Part shown: in pieces, positions 29,854-39,819 of the stretch
Position numbering within the stretch: the first letter of the stretch is position 1
Layout: the number at the start of each line of letters is the position of its first letter
NCBI GenBank assembly: GCA_044376115.1
Contig: JBILLK010000010.1
Coordinates: 96,001 to 160,000, forward strand
Direction of reading: 5' to 3'
Source: Polyangiaceae bacterium
Lineage (GTDB): Bacteria; Myxococcota_A; Polyangia; Polyangiales; Polyangiaceae
Length of the DNA stretch: 64,000 bases
The notes under the pieces: generated by a model
Database searches by the model: none
What the model was told of the DNA's origin: nothing
What the model saw: only the letters and a program-made list of their open reading frames with translations
Made by a program: the position numbers and the translations under genes

Positions 29854-32551
29854 ATGACCGACCCAAGCGAAAGACCCGATCCCGATCAATTGCTGCGCCG
29901 CCTGCAGCAGGCAGAAGCTCGCGCGCAGCGCGGGAAGCTCAGGGTCTTCTTTGGCTTCGCGCCCGGGGTCGGCAAAACCTACCGCATGCTGCAGGTCGCG
30001 CGCGAGCTAGTCAGTAAGCAGAAGCTAGACGTCGTGATCGGCGTGGTCGAGGACCACAAGCGGATTGAGACCGCCAAGATGGTCTCTGGCCTGGAGCTTT
30101 TGCCACGCAGGAAAGTGGAATACCGCGGTAGCACGCTGGAGGAGTTCGACCTCGATGCGGCGCTCGCGCGTAAACCCGCTCTGCTGCTCGTTGATGAGCT
30201 AGCCCATACGAACGCCGTCGGATCGCGTCACCCGAAGCGGTGGCAAGACGTCAATGAGCTGCTCGATGCTGGCATCGACGTCTTCACGACCATGAACGTG
30301 CAGCACGTCGAGAGCCTCAATGACGTGGTCGCACAGATTACGCGCGTCCAAGTACGAGAAACGGTACCCGACTCGGCGCTCGATGCGGCCGACACGATCG
30401 AGCTCGTCGATATAGCTCCCGAGGAGCTGCTGGACCGACTGAAAGACGGCAAGGGTTACCTGCCGGAGCAAGCCAAGCGTGCGGCGCAGCACTTCTTTCA
30501 GCGCGGTAACTTGCTGGCGCTACGGGAGCTCGCGCTCCGAAGAACGGCGCAGCACGTCGACGAGGACGTCCGCGAGTACCGCGAGGAACATGACGTCGTC
30601 GTGCCCTGGCCTGCGGGCGAACGGCTGCTCGTGTGCATCGGTCCGGCCCCTAGCTCCGGCAGATTGCTCCGCGCCGCTGCGCGCATGGCTGCCGGCCTGC
30701 GCTGCCCTTGGGTTGCAGCCTACGTCGAATCAACCGTGCGGCCAATGAGCGAGGTGGATCGCACGCGGCTAGAGGCACACTTGAGCATGGCCGAGTCGCT
30801 GGGCGCCACGGTCACGAGGCTCTCCGGGGCGAGCATCTCCGAAGCGCTAATCGCCTATGCGCGCAAATACAACGTAACCCGACTGCTAATCGGCAAACCG
30901 ACGCACTCTCGTGTGTGGGACCGGCTACGCGGGTCGCTGTTGGATGAGGTCGTACGGGGCAGCGGCGACATCGACGTACTGGCTATAAGCGGGGGGCGCA
31001 GCAATGATGAGCAGGAGCCGCGCAAGCTGCCTCCACGCGAAGGCACCGCGCAGGCGTGGCATTATCTGGCGGCGACGCTAATCGTCAGCGCCAGCTTAGG
31101 CCTGGCTCTCGTACTGCGTAGCCTCTTGAACCTGCCAGATCTCGAGATGCTTTTCCTATTGGCCGTCATGGTAACGGCCGTATGGTTTGGGCGGGGCCCT
31201 TCGCTGCTCGCCGCTGCGCTCGGCGTAGCCAGCTACGACTTCTTCTTCGTCCAGCCGCTTTACACCTTCTCCGTTCACGACCGCCGCTACTTCCTGACCT
31301 TCGGGATGATCTTCGCCGTGGGCTTGGCCATGAGTGAGCTGGCACAACGGCTCCGCAGACAACAGCGCGAAGCCCAAGCAAGGGAGGAGCGTACGGCCGT
31401 GCTCTACGCCCTTACGCGCGAGCTCGCGTCCGCGGAGGCCCCCTCGAGGATCGCGACCATCGCGGTGCGGCACGCGGCGAATATCTTTGCAGCGCCAGCG
31501 AGCATTCTGGTCGTGGCCGATGGGGTACTGCAGTCGATCGCCTCCACGCCGGAAGAGGCCTTGCTCGATACGAAGGACGTCGAGGTAGCCACGTGGAGCC
31601 ATGAACACGGCCGTTCGGCCGGGCTCGGCACCGATACGCTGCCCGGTGCGAGAGTATTGTGCACGCCCCTACGAGCAGGCAGCTCGCGCCTCGGCGTGCT
31701 CGCGCTGCTCCCGCAAGACCAGAGAGCCCTGCGCGTTGATCAGCGTGACTTCCTCGACGTGCTCGGCCGCCAGGTCGCCGTCGCGCTCGAACGAGCGCGC
31801 CTCTCCGAAGAAGCCAAGCAGTCTGCGCTACGCGCCAAAACGGAGGAGATGCGCTCCTCATTGCTGTCCGCCGTGTCGCATGATCTTCGCACGCCGCTGG
31901 CGACGATCACGGGCTCTGCTACCTCGCTTCGTGACGACGATAAGCTGGAGGCTGCGACCCGCGGGGAGCTCGTTGAATCGATCGTCGATCAAGCCGAGCG
32001 GCTCGAACGGCTCGTCGCCAACTTGCTCGACATGACCCGGCTAGAGTCGGGAGCCATCGCGTTGAGGCGAGATTGGGTGCCGCTCGAGGAGATGGTTGGC
32101 TCGGCCCTGACCCGGCTCGAGACACGACTCGGAGTTCGCGAGGTGACGGTGGCCATCCCCCCAGAGATTCCCTTGGTGCTGGTGGACCCGGTACTCTTCG
32201 AGCAGGTCTTCGTGAATCTATTGGAGAACGCCGAGAAGTACACCCCCGCTGGTAGCCCGCTCGAGATCAGCGCCCGGAACGACGCGGATTGCGTCGAGGT
32301 GAGCTTTCGCGACCACGGGCCGGGACTCCCTATCGGGTCTGAACAGAAGGTGTTCGAGAAGTTCTTCAGAGGCGCTCACATCGGAGTCGGCGGTGTTGGC
32401 CTAGGTCTGCCGATCTGCAAGGGCATCCTCGAGGCACACGGCGGATCGATCCGAGCCGAGACCCACGCCGCTGGCGGTGCTGTTTTTTAACATATCTATC
32501 CCGCATTGTGGCGCCCCGCCGTCCATCCCCTCCCCAGCGAGTGATTCATGA
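29854..32551 (+). CDS. kdpD: Sensor histidine kinase KdpD (stops at 32490 as read; removing one T from the T6 run restores the C-terminus to 32551)
   Basis: GFAPGVGKTY, LVDELAHTN, KRWQDV, USP domain, 4 TM, GAF, VSHDLRTPL, NLLENA, GLGLPIC. Confidence 0.95.
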
Positions 32552-33249
32552 GCGACCTCGATGCCTTGGTACTCGTGGTCGAGGATGAGCCGCCCATGCG
32601 CAAGTTCATTCGCGCCTCGCTCGGCTCCCATGGCTACCGCGTGATCGAGGCGGGGCAAGCGACAGAGGCGATCGGCTTGCTCACGAGCCACAACCCGGCG
32701 CTGGTCTTGCTGGACCTCGGCCTTCCGGACGGGGATGGGATCGATCTGACGCGGCAAATCCGCGAGTGGACCCGCGTGCCGATCATCGTCTTGTCGGCGC
32801 GAGGGCGCGAAGATGACAAAGTCTCTGCCTTGGATGCTGGCGCTGATGATTACCTGACCAAGCCCTTCGGCGTGAATGAACTGCTGGCACGCATGCGGGT
32901 CGCACTGCGCCACGCGCAGCCCCAAGGGCCGAGCCAAGTTGCCGAGCCGCTCCAGTTTGGCGAGCTACGCATCGACCTCGTTCGCCGCGAGGTTTTTCTC
33001 GGAGCTGAGGAGCTTCATCTCACTCCCATCGAGTACAAGCTGCTCACCTTGCTCGCACACAATGCGGGTAGGGTGCTCACGCACCGCCAGATCCTGAAGG
33101 AGGTTTGGGGCCCGAGTTACGCCTCCCACGCGCATTACGTGCGCGTGCATATGGCCGAGCTTCGCAAGAAGGTTGAACAGGATCCATCGCGGCCAAAGCT
33201 GCTGGTGACAGAGCCCGGCGTGGGCTACCGCTTACGGGACCGCACCTAA
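32548..33249 (+). CDS. kdpE: Response regulator KdpE
   Basis: VEDE, LDLGLPDGDG, GADDYLTKPF, LTHRQILKEVWG, TEPGVGYR. Confidence 0.96.
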   Translation: MSDLDALVLVVEDEPPMRKFIRASLGSHGYRVIEAGQATEAIGLLTSHNPALVLLDLGLPDGDGIDLTRQIREWTRVPIIVLSARGREDDKVSALDAGADDYLTKPFGVNELLARMRVALRHAQPQGPSQVAEPLQFGELRIDLVRREVFLGAEELHLTPIEYKLLTLLAHNAGRVLTHRQILKEVWGPSYASHAHYVRVHMAELRKKVEQDPSRPKLLVTEPGVGYRLRDRT

Positions 33250-34320
33250 CGCGCTATCGGGGAGCTGCGGATGCTTCTCTAGCCAGCGCTCGCATTCCAT
33301 GGAGTACTCATTGTGTATTGACGTCTTCTGGGCGTGGTCTTGGCACACTTGGAAGGCACCGTGTCCCTTCTTCTGGTAGGGCTCGGAGGCCTCGTCAATG
33401 GCTGCGTAGTAGGTATCGCGAAGTTCCTCGCGCTCTACCGTCGAGCCGGGGAGCGGACCGACGCCAGCCCACTCTTTGGGGATAGGAGCCGAGCGGAACT
33501 CCAGGACGAACTTGTTCCACATCTGCCCCACGCGCGACGACGAGGCGATAATCCAGTAGGGAGGCGGGGAGGGCTTGAGCCGCGCAACGCTGACGTAGGC
33601 CGCCTCCGCTTCATTCAACAGCTGGCGCCGCGCTTTGAGCCAGGAGGAGAGCTTAGTATTGATATGTTTGAAGACGCTCTCCTTATCGCCTTTGCCGCGG
33701 TAGACCGGAAACAGCTCCTCTTCTGCAAGCAGCCGCTTCTCTTCTCCCGCGTAAAACCATGCTTCACCCACTGCCATAAGGGCTCGGGCAAGGCGAGCCT
33801 GCTTGTCTTGCTCGTCCCCCTCAACCTCCGCCAACTGCTCAGTCCTAGCGGCTGGCTCCTGCCACATTGACCGCACTTGCTGATATTCACGTTGCGCACA
33901 TCGCCGGTCTGATTGCTTGAGGCAGGCCCTCGCGAGCAGCGCGTGCGCCGCTAAAAGCACATCCTGCCCAGCGCTCCTCTCGAGCTCGGGCAGGATCTTC
34001 TGCAACTCGAGACGCGCCTTGAACCACTTGCCCGCCTTGATCTGGGCAGCAGCGGCGGTAAGTCGCTCATCCCCTGGGGAATCGCTTAGCTCGACAAAAC
34101 TCAACGGCTGTTCCGCGACCACCTCCTTCGAGACGGGCGGCGACGGCGGAGCTTCAGCCTGTGCTATCACCTGCGATGGCTGCGTTGACCCGACCGTGGC
34201 CGGAGAGCTCGACGGCAACGACAGCTCGGTGGCCTTGGACGAAGGGTGCCAAACGGAAGGGCCAGCGGAGGAGCACGCAACTAGCGTTAGTGCAGCCCCT
34301 AGAAGGCGGTTGAGCTTCAT
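33232..34320 (-). CDS. Helical (TPR-like) lipoprotein resembling the C-terminal region of myxobacterial gliding-motility TPR proteins
   Basis: LVAC lipobox. WIIASSSRVGQMW..F..EFRSAPIP...YYAAIDEASEP...HNEYSMECERWL pattern. Confidence 0.6.
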   Translation of the reverse strand: MKLNRLLGAALTLVACSSAGPSVWHPSSKATELSLPSSSPATVGSTQPSQVIAQAEAPPSPPVSKEVVAEQPLSFVELSDSPGDERLTAAAAQIKAGKWFKARLELQKILPELERSAGQDVLLAAHALLARACLKQSDRRCAQREYQQVRSMWQEPAARTEQLAEVEGDEQDKQARLARALMAVGEAWFYAGEEKRLLAEEELFPVYRGKGDKESVFKHINTKLSSWLKARRQLLNEAEAAYVSVARLKPSPPPYWIIASSSRVGQMWNKFVLEFRSAPIPKEWAGVGPLPGSTVEREELRDTYYAAIDEASEPYQKKGHGAFQVCQDHAQKTSIHNEYSMECERWLEKHPQLPDSALGAVP

Positions 34321-34428
34321 GCCGCAGAGAGACAGCCAGGGCGCGCGAGCGTTCCCGAAATGATCGAGGCGCCCTGAGCCATCCCCACCGGCGACTTCGC
34401 GGAGATGGCCCTGCCACCGAAGGCGACA

Positions 34429-35151
34429 TCACATGGCCGCAAACATGCGCTCGACGTTCTTGGGCGCCTTTGCGAACTCCCCGCCAACTTGCTGGGCCAT
34501 GGCGTCAGGAAAGATGTCCTCATCCCCACGCTCGAGGCCATCCAAGATGGCTTTGGCGACTTCGGCCGGGGAGGTCTTCGGCAAGGTGATCTCTCGCGCC
34601 ATGTCGGTATCGACAGGCCCGGGGAAGACCGCGGTCACGCCGATCCCGCGTTTGCCAAGCTCACCTCGCAGAGCCTGGGTGAGCGAGAGCGCTGCGGCTT
34701 TGGAGGCGGAGTAGCCACCAAGTCCAGGCATGCTCGCCAACGCAACCACCGTCAGCACATTCACGATCGAACCCTTCTGTTTCTCAATCGCGGGTAGCAA
34801 CGCGCGTGTTACGGCGAGCGTGCCGAAGTAGTTGGTCCGCATATCCCGCTCAATCGCCTCGAGCGACCCGTCGAGGAGGCCGCCCGAGCCGAGCAGACCT
34901 GCATTGTTGATTAGCAAGTCGAGCGAGTCGACCAGCTTGCCTGCGGCTGCCACCTCTACAGCGTTGGTAATGTCCTATTGCACGGGGACCACGCGCTCCC
35001 CCGACTCGGCGACGAGCCCCGCGAGCGCCTTCGGATCACGCGCTGCCGCGTAGACGGTCGCCGCACCGCGAGCCAGGAGAGCTTGCACCAGCGAGCGACC
35101 AATACCGCGATTAGAACCCGTAACCAGAACCTTGGATCCTTGAAGCTTCAT
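34429..35151 (-). pseudogene. SDR-family oxidoreductase interrupted by an in-frame TAG at 34975-34977
   Basis: VLVTGSNRGIG...VVPVQ*DITN...LLINNAG...YSASK...PGPVDTDM, all in one frame. The consensus at the stop is xLDIT. Confidence 0.88.
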
Positions 35152-35283
35152 GACGTTTCTCCCTTTGCTGGCGCTGTGTCGTGCCTTGATGAAAGGAGTC
35201 TGCCGACGAACGAGCTGGCTCGGTAGCAGCGCCGAGAGAGAGAGATTCTTGCAGATGGCGAAAGAATCGAGCAGCATCGGCGG

Positions 35284-36252
35284 GTGGAGTTCGCTGAACT
35301 ATCGACGTTCGTGAGGATCGTGGAGCTTGGAAGTCTGAGCGGCGCCGCGCGCGCCACCGGTCAGAGTCTGCCGACGGTGAGCCGCCAATTGCGCTCGCTG
35401 GAGACTGAGCTCGATAGCCAACTAGCGTTGCGTACGACTCGCCGGCTCACCGTCACCGATGCGGGTCTACGCCTTTATGAGCATGCGCGTCGAGCCTTGA
35501 ATGAGCTCGAACACGCGAAGAGTGTCGCCGGGGCTCGGGCCACGGAGAAGTTGGTGCTCAGCGTGCCGGTAACGCTGGGCCAATTCGTCGTGGTACCGCA
35601 GTTGGCCAAGCTGCTCGCAAGCCGCCCAGGGCTCAGGCTCGAGGTGCGGTTAGAAGACCGCATGACAGAGCTCTTGGCAGAGAACGTCGACGTGGTCGTT
35701 CGCGCTGGGACCAGCCCTCCGGATAGCCCGGACTTGATCGCGCAGCCGCTCTTCAACTTTCACCGGCTATTGGTAGCTGCACCGAGTTACCTGAGAGCGC
35801 GCGCGGCGCCTAAGACGGTTGAGGGTCTGGCAACTCACGAGTGTCTCCTGCAACTCGCTGGAGCGAGCGGCCCCGACCGCTTTGTACTGCACGCGGCGGG
35901 AGAAGAGCGGGTGGTGAGCGTTTCAGGCCGCCTCGCGGCGAGCGCCCCGCTCACGCTGCTCGAGGCGGCCCGCGCGGGGTTGGGTATTGCACTCCTGCCC
36001 TCTTGGCTGGTTCGTGAGGACCTCGAGGCGAAGCGTCTCAAACACGTCTTGTCGGCTTGGCAATCAGCGCAGATCTCAGCCTATGCCGTGTATCGACGCA
36101 GCCTGCGAGGTTCGGCTGGGGTCAAGGCCTTCATCGCGGCCGTTTCTTCGGCTAACCCTTCGCCAGCTCCTGAGCCAATAGGTCAAACACCACGCGCACG
36201 CGCCGTGTCGTATTCAGCTCGCGATGGGTCACGAGCCAAACGGGGAACATGA
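35284..36252 (+). CDS. LysR-family transcriptional regulator (divergent from the SDR)
   Basis: FVRIVELGSLSGAAR..VSRQLRSLE..RTTRRLTVTDAG, AGLGIALLP. Confidence 0.93.
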   Translation: MEFAELSTFVRIVELGSLSGAARATGQSLPTVSRQLRSLETELDSQLALRTTRRLTVTDAGLRLYEHARRALNELEHAKSVAGARATEKLVLSVPVTLGQFVVVPQLAKLLASRPGLRLEVRLEDRMTELLAENVDVVVRAGTSPPDSPDLIAQPLFNFHRLLVAAPSYLRARAAPKTVEGLATHECLLQLAGASGPDRFVLHAAGEERVVSVSGRLAASAPLTLLEAARAGLGIALLPSWLVREDLEAKRLKHVLSAWQSAQISAYAVYRRSLRGSAGVKAFIAAVSSANPSPAPEPIGQTPRARAVSYSARDGSRAKRGT

Positions 36253-37042
36253 CTGGGGGTAAATCCGCGAGCGCGCGGACGACCAATGGCTCACGGTCAG
36301 CTATCGAGCTGTCAATAACGCCAATGCCAAGACCCTGCTTCACCAGCTCCCACATCACCAAGTAATTCTCGGTCATGAATGGGAAGTTGCGTTCGCTTAG
36401 ATTGAGCCCCAGCGCGTTGAGGCCGTTCAGGAATGCGCCCGTACCATCAATGCTGATGAAGTCTGCGCGGGAGAGGTCCTGCGGCCGCTTCGGGTTGCCC
36501 AACCGTTTGAGATAGCTGGGCGTCGCATACAAGCGTGCGGCTGCGTCACGCAGCTTCTTCGCGATCAGGTCAGGCTCACCGGGAGCAAAGTTGCGTATCG
36601 CAATATCCGCCTCTCGCCGCTTTAGATTGCTAGTCCGTGTGGTGGCGACGATCTCGACCCGGATGCCCGGCTCACGCCTTCGCAGCTTGGCCAGAATTGG
36701 CGGAAGCACCAGCGCCGCGACAACCTCGCTCGCCGAAATGCAGATGGTGCCTTCTATCGTCTGGGCGCGCCCCGCTGCCGTCAGGGATATGCGATTAGCG
36801 GCCTCACCCATCGAGCGCACATGCTCAAGCAATTCGTGACCGCTAGGCGTGAGTACAAAGCCACGGCCGACGCGCTCGAATAGCACCACCCCCAACTCTT
36901 CCTCGAGCGCATCCACCTGCCGGCCGAGCGTCGGCTGGGCCATGCCGAGGGCGCGGGCCGCCGCTGACAAGGAGCCCTCTTCTGCTGTGACGAGGAAGGC
37001 GCGAGCCCGATTCCAATCAAAGTTCACCGAGCGCCAATCCAT
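36152..37042 (-). CDS. LysR-family transcriptional regulator (divergent from the oxidoreductase)
   Basis: FDWNRARAFLVTAEEGSLSAAARALGMAQPTLGRQV, RREADIAIR, WLVTHREL. Confidence 0.94.
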   Translation of the reverse strand: MDWRSVNFDWNRARAFLVTAEEGSLSAAARALGMAQPTLGRQVDALEEELGVVLFERVGRGFVLTPSGHELLEHVRSMGEAANRISLTAAGRAQTIEGTICISASEVVAALVLPPILAKLRRREPGIRVEIVATTRTSNLKRREADIAIRNFAPGEPDLIAKKLRDAAARLYATPSYLKRLGNPKRPQDLSRADFISIDGTGAFLNGLNALGLNLSERNFPFMTENYLVMWELVKQGLGIGVIDSSIADREPLVVRALADLPPVMFPVWLVTHRELNTTRRVRVVFDLLAQELAKG

Positions 37043-37155
37043 GCAAAAACGCATATCAGATGCGCGCCGTTGGTCAATTTACCAAACGAGGAGCCAGCCC
37101 TAACTCTCTTATCATGTTGCAACGCATTGAATCGACCCCGGCGCTCACCACCCAC

Positions 37156-38142
37156 ATGAAGGCCCTCGTTTATCAACGATACGGAGCCCCCTCGGTCATC
37201 GAGATCGCTAAGGTCGAGCGGCCCACGCCGCGACGTGACGAGGTGTTGATTCGGGTAGTGGCTAGCACAGTCAGCGCCGCCGATTGGCGCGCACGCAGCC
37301 TGCAAATGCCGCCCGGGTTCGGTCTGTTGGGCCGTCTCTTCTTCGGGGTGTTTGGTCCGCGTAAGAAGGTCCTCGGGACCGAACTCTCCGGAGTCGTCGA
37401 GGCCGTTGGTAGCGCGGTGAAGCGTTTCAAAGCCGGGGATGAGGTATTTGCCTTCACTGGCGCGAGCTACGGCTGTCACTCGGAATGGCGGGTGTTGCCA
37501 GAGAACGGCATGGTCGTGACCAAGCCGGCCAACCTCTCGTTCGAGCAGGCCGCTGCGCTCTCATTTGGCGGCACCACTGCTCTCTGCTTTCTACGCGACA
37601 TGGGTGGTCTCGAGCGTGGAGACAAGGTCTTGGTCGTAGGGGCCTCCGGCGCCATCGGCTCAGCGGCCGTTCAAATCGCGAAGTACTTTGGGGCCGAGGT
37701 GACTGGCGTTTGCAGCACGTCGAATCTCGAGGTCGTCCGCTCGCTCGGCGCCGACCACGTAATCGACTATACGCAGCAGGACTTCGCCCGTAACGGTGAG
37801 CGCTATGACCTCATCCTCGAGACCACCGGCAGCGCGCCGTTCGCACGCTGCGCAGGCTCGCTGACCGACCACGGTCGACTGCTGGTGGTGCTCGGTTCCT
37901 TCGCGCAGGCCCTCGGGTTGGAGCGCCCGCCCCGCGGGAGCGGCAAGAAGGTCATCGCGAGCTTGCCGCGGGTCACCCGGGCTCACCTCGAGTTGCTAGC
38001 AGAGCTCGCAAGGGCCGGCCGCTATCAGCCGCTAATCGACAGTATCCACCCGATGACCGAGGCTGCGCTCGCCCACGCCCGCGTCGACAGCGGCAGAAAA
38101 CGGGGCAACGTCGTGCTCAGGATCGCGTCTTCACGGAAGTAA
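37156..38142 (+). CDS. NAD(P)-dependent medium-chain dehydrogenase/quinone oxidoreductase
   Basis: MKALVYQRYG, FKAGDEVF, GASGAIGSAAVQIAK, SLGADHVIDY, GRKRGNVV. Alternative start at 37114. Confidence 0.92.
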   Translation: MKALVYQRYGAPSVIEIAKVERPTPRRDEVLIRVVASTVSAADWRARSLQMPPGFGLLGRLFFGVFGPRKKVLGTELSGVVEAVGSAVKRFKAGDEVFAFTGASYGCHSEWRVLPENGMVVTKPANLSFEQAAALSFGGTTALCFLRDMGGLERGDKVLVVGASGAIGSAAVQIAKYFGAEVTGVCSTSNLEVVRSLGADHVIDYTQQDFARNGERYDLILETTGSAPFARCAGSLTDHGRLLVVLGSFAQALGLERPPRGSGKKVIASLPRVTRAHLELLAELARAGRYQPLIDSIHPMTEAALAHARVDSGRKRGNVVLRIASSRK

Positions 38143-38176
38143 GCGAGCGTAGGCGCTAATGTGGCAACATACGTGC

Positions 38177-39805
38177 ATGAAGCGCGCGGCAGTTGGCTAT
38201 TTGGTCCTTATCGCTCAGGTAGTGGCTTGTTCGGATGACGCTGGCAGCGGTGGCGCTGGCGGTGAGGGCGGCGAAGGTGGCAGCGGTGGAGCCGCCGCAG
38301 GCCCGCTGCTGATCGAAACGGATAAGGGCCCGGTCGAGGGTGCGCTGATCGATGGAGTACGCACCTTTCTCGGCATTCCGTTTGCGGCACCTCCTACCGG
38401 TGATCTGCGTTGGCGCGCTCCTGTCCCGGCCGAACCTTGGACGGAGACGCGCTCGGCGATCGCTCGGGGGCCGAGCTGTGCGCAAAACGCAACCTTGAGC
38501 AACGACTACAACGCTAACAGTAGCGAGGACTGCCTAACGACGAACGTCTGGACTCCAGATGATGCAGCCAACGGCTCCCGCCCTGTTTTAGTATGGATTC
38601 ACGGTGGAGGCTTTACGCTGGGAAGCGGTGGGGAGCCGGCCTACGACGGTAAGGTCCTGGCGCAGACGACCGGCGCGGTGGTCGTCACTCTCAATTATCG
38701 CTTAGGCGTTTTTGGCTTCTTGGCGCATCCCGACCTAGCCGCCGAGGACAGCGAGCATCCCTCTTCCGGAGCCTACGGTATCGAGGACCAGCGGGCAGCG
38801 CTGGTATGGGTGCAGGACAACATTGCGGCCTTCGGCGGAGATCCAACGCGCGTCACGGTATTTGGTGAGTCGGCAGGAGGCATCAGCGCCTGTTTCCACG
38901 TGGTCTCGCCGCTCAGCGCGGGGCTGTTCACGAGCGCGATCCTCGAGAGCGGGCCCTGTGATCAGGGGACGCCGCTGGTAGAGGCCGAGGCGCAGGGTGC
39001 GGAGCTCGCCGCAGCCGTCGGCTGCGACGCTGTGCCAGACGTACCAGCCTGTTTACGCGCAAAGCCGCCGGCCGAGCTGTCGACGGCGCTCGCCGGCGGC
39101 TCATTCCTGTTCGGGGACGGCGCGAACTGGTTTCCGGCGATTGACGGTTATAACCTACCGGAGGAGCCGACCCGCATGATCGCCCAGGGTGACTTCAACA
39201 ACGTACCGATCATTCTTGGCTCCAATGCGGATGAGGCAACGCTCTTCTTCGCGCTTGCCGGATCTGAATACGAGATTCAGGACGAAGCGGACTTTGAGGC
39301 ATTGGCCGAGACGCTGATGCCTACGCACGGCGCTGAAGTGGTCGCCCGCTACCCCATAGCGGATTATGGTAGCGCCCAAGCGGCAGCCGAAGCTGCGGTG
39401 GGAGATGCCGGCTTCATCTGTAACGCACGCCGTACCGCGCGCGCCTTTACCGCCAAGGGAGGTAAAGCTTATCTCTATCACTTCACCCATGCCCCAGAGA
39501 ACGCATTGATTCCAGAGTTGGGCGCCTTCCACTCGGCAGAGATTCGCTATGTGTTTGGTGTACCAGGGCAGCTCTTGACCCAGCCGCTAAGCGCCGAGGA
39601 GCTCGGGCTCTCCAAGGAGATGATGGGCTATTGGTTTGGCCTCAGCGAGAAGGGGGACCCCAACGGCGGAGAGCGTGTGCCTTGGCCTGCCTACGACGTC
39701 GAGAGTGACCAACATCTGACCTTGTCCATGTCGATCGCCTCGGGAGCCAAGCTCAAACAGCAGCAATGTGATTTCTGGGACGAGCTCGATTCCGCGGGGA
39801 ATTAG
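38177..39805 (+). CDS. Type B carboxylesterase lipoprotein
   Basis: VVAC lipobox, Gly tether, FLGIPFAAPP, SEDCL, WIHGGGF, FGESAG, GAFHSAEI. Confidence 0.94.
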   Translation: MKRAAVGYLVLIAQVVACSDDAGSGGAGGEGGEGGSGGAAAGPLLIETDKGPVEGALIDGVRTFLGIPFAAPPTGDLRWRAPVPAEPWTETRSAIARGPSCAQNATLSNDYNANSSEDCLTTNVWTPDDAANGSRPVLVWIHGGGFTLGSGGEPAYDGKVLAQTTGAVVVTLNYRLGVFGFLAHPDLAAEDSEHPSSGAYGIEDQRAALVWVQDNIAAFGGDPTRVTVFGESAGGISACFHVVSPLSAGLFTSAILESGPCDQGTPLVEAEAQGAELAAAVGCDAVPDVPACLRAKPPAELSTALAGGSFLFGDGANWFPAIDGYNLPEEPTRMIAQGDFNNVPIILGSNADEATLFFALAGSEYEIQDEADFEALAETLMPTHGAEVVARYPIADYGSAQAAAEAAVGDAGFICNARRTARAFTAKGGKAYLYHFTHAPENALIPELGAFHSAEIRYVFGVPGQLLTQPLSAEELGLSKEMMGYWFGLSEKGDPNGGERVPWPAYDVESDQHLTLSMSIASGAKLKQQQCDFWDELDSAGN

Positions 39806-39819
39806 AGGCTAAAAATAAG

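Noticed and set aside
20764..35151. Genome-wide TAG reassignment (alternative genetic code)
   Set aside because: Several well-defined genes terminate at TAG at their expected ends (kdpC 29818, uppS 15389, kinase 50629).
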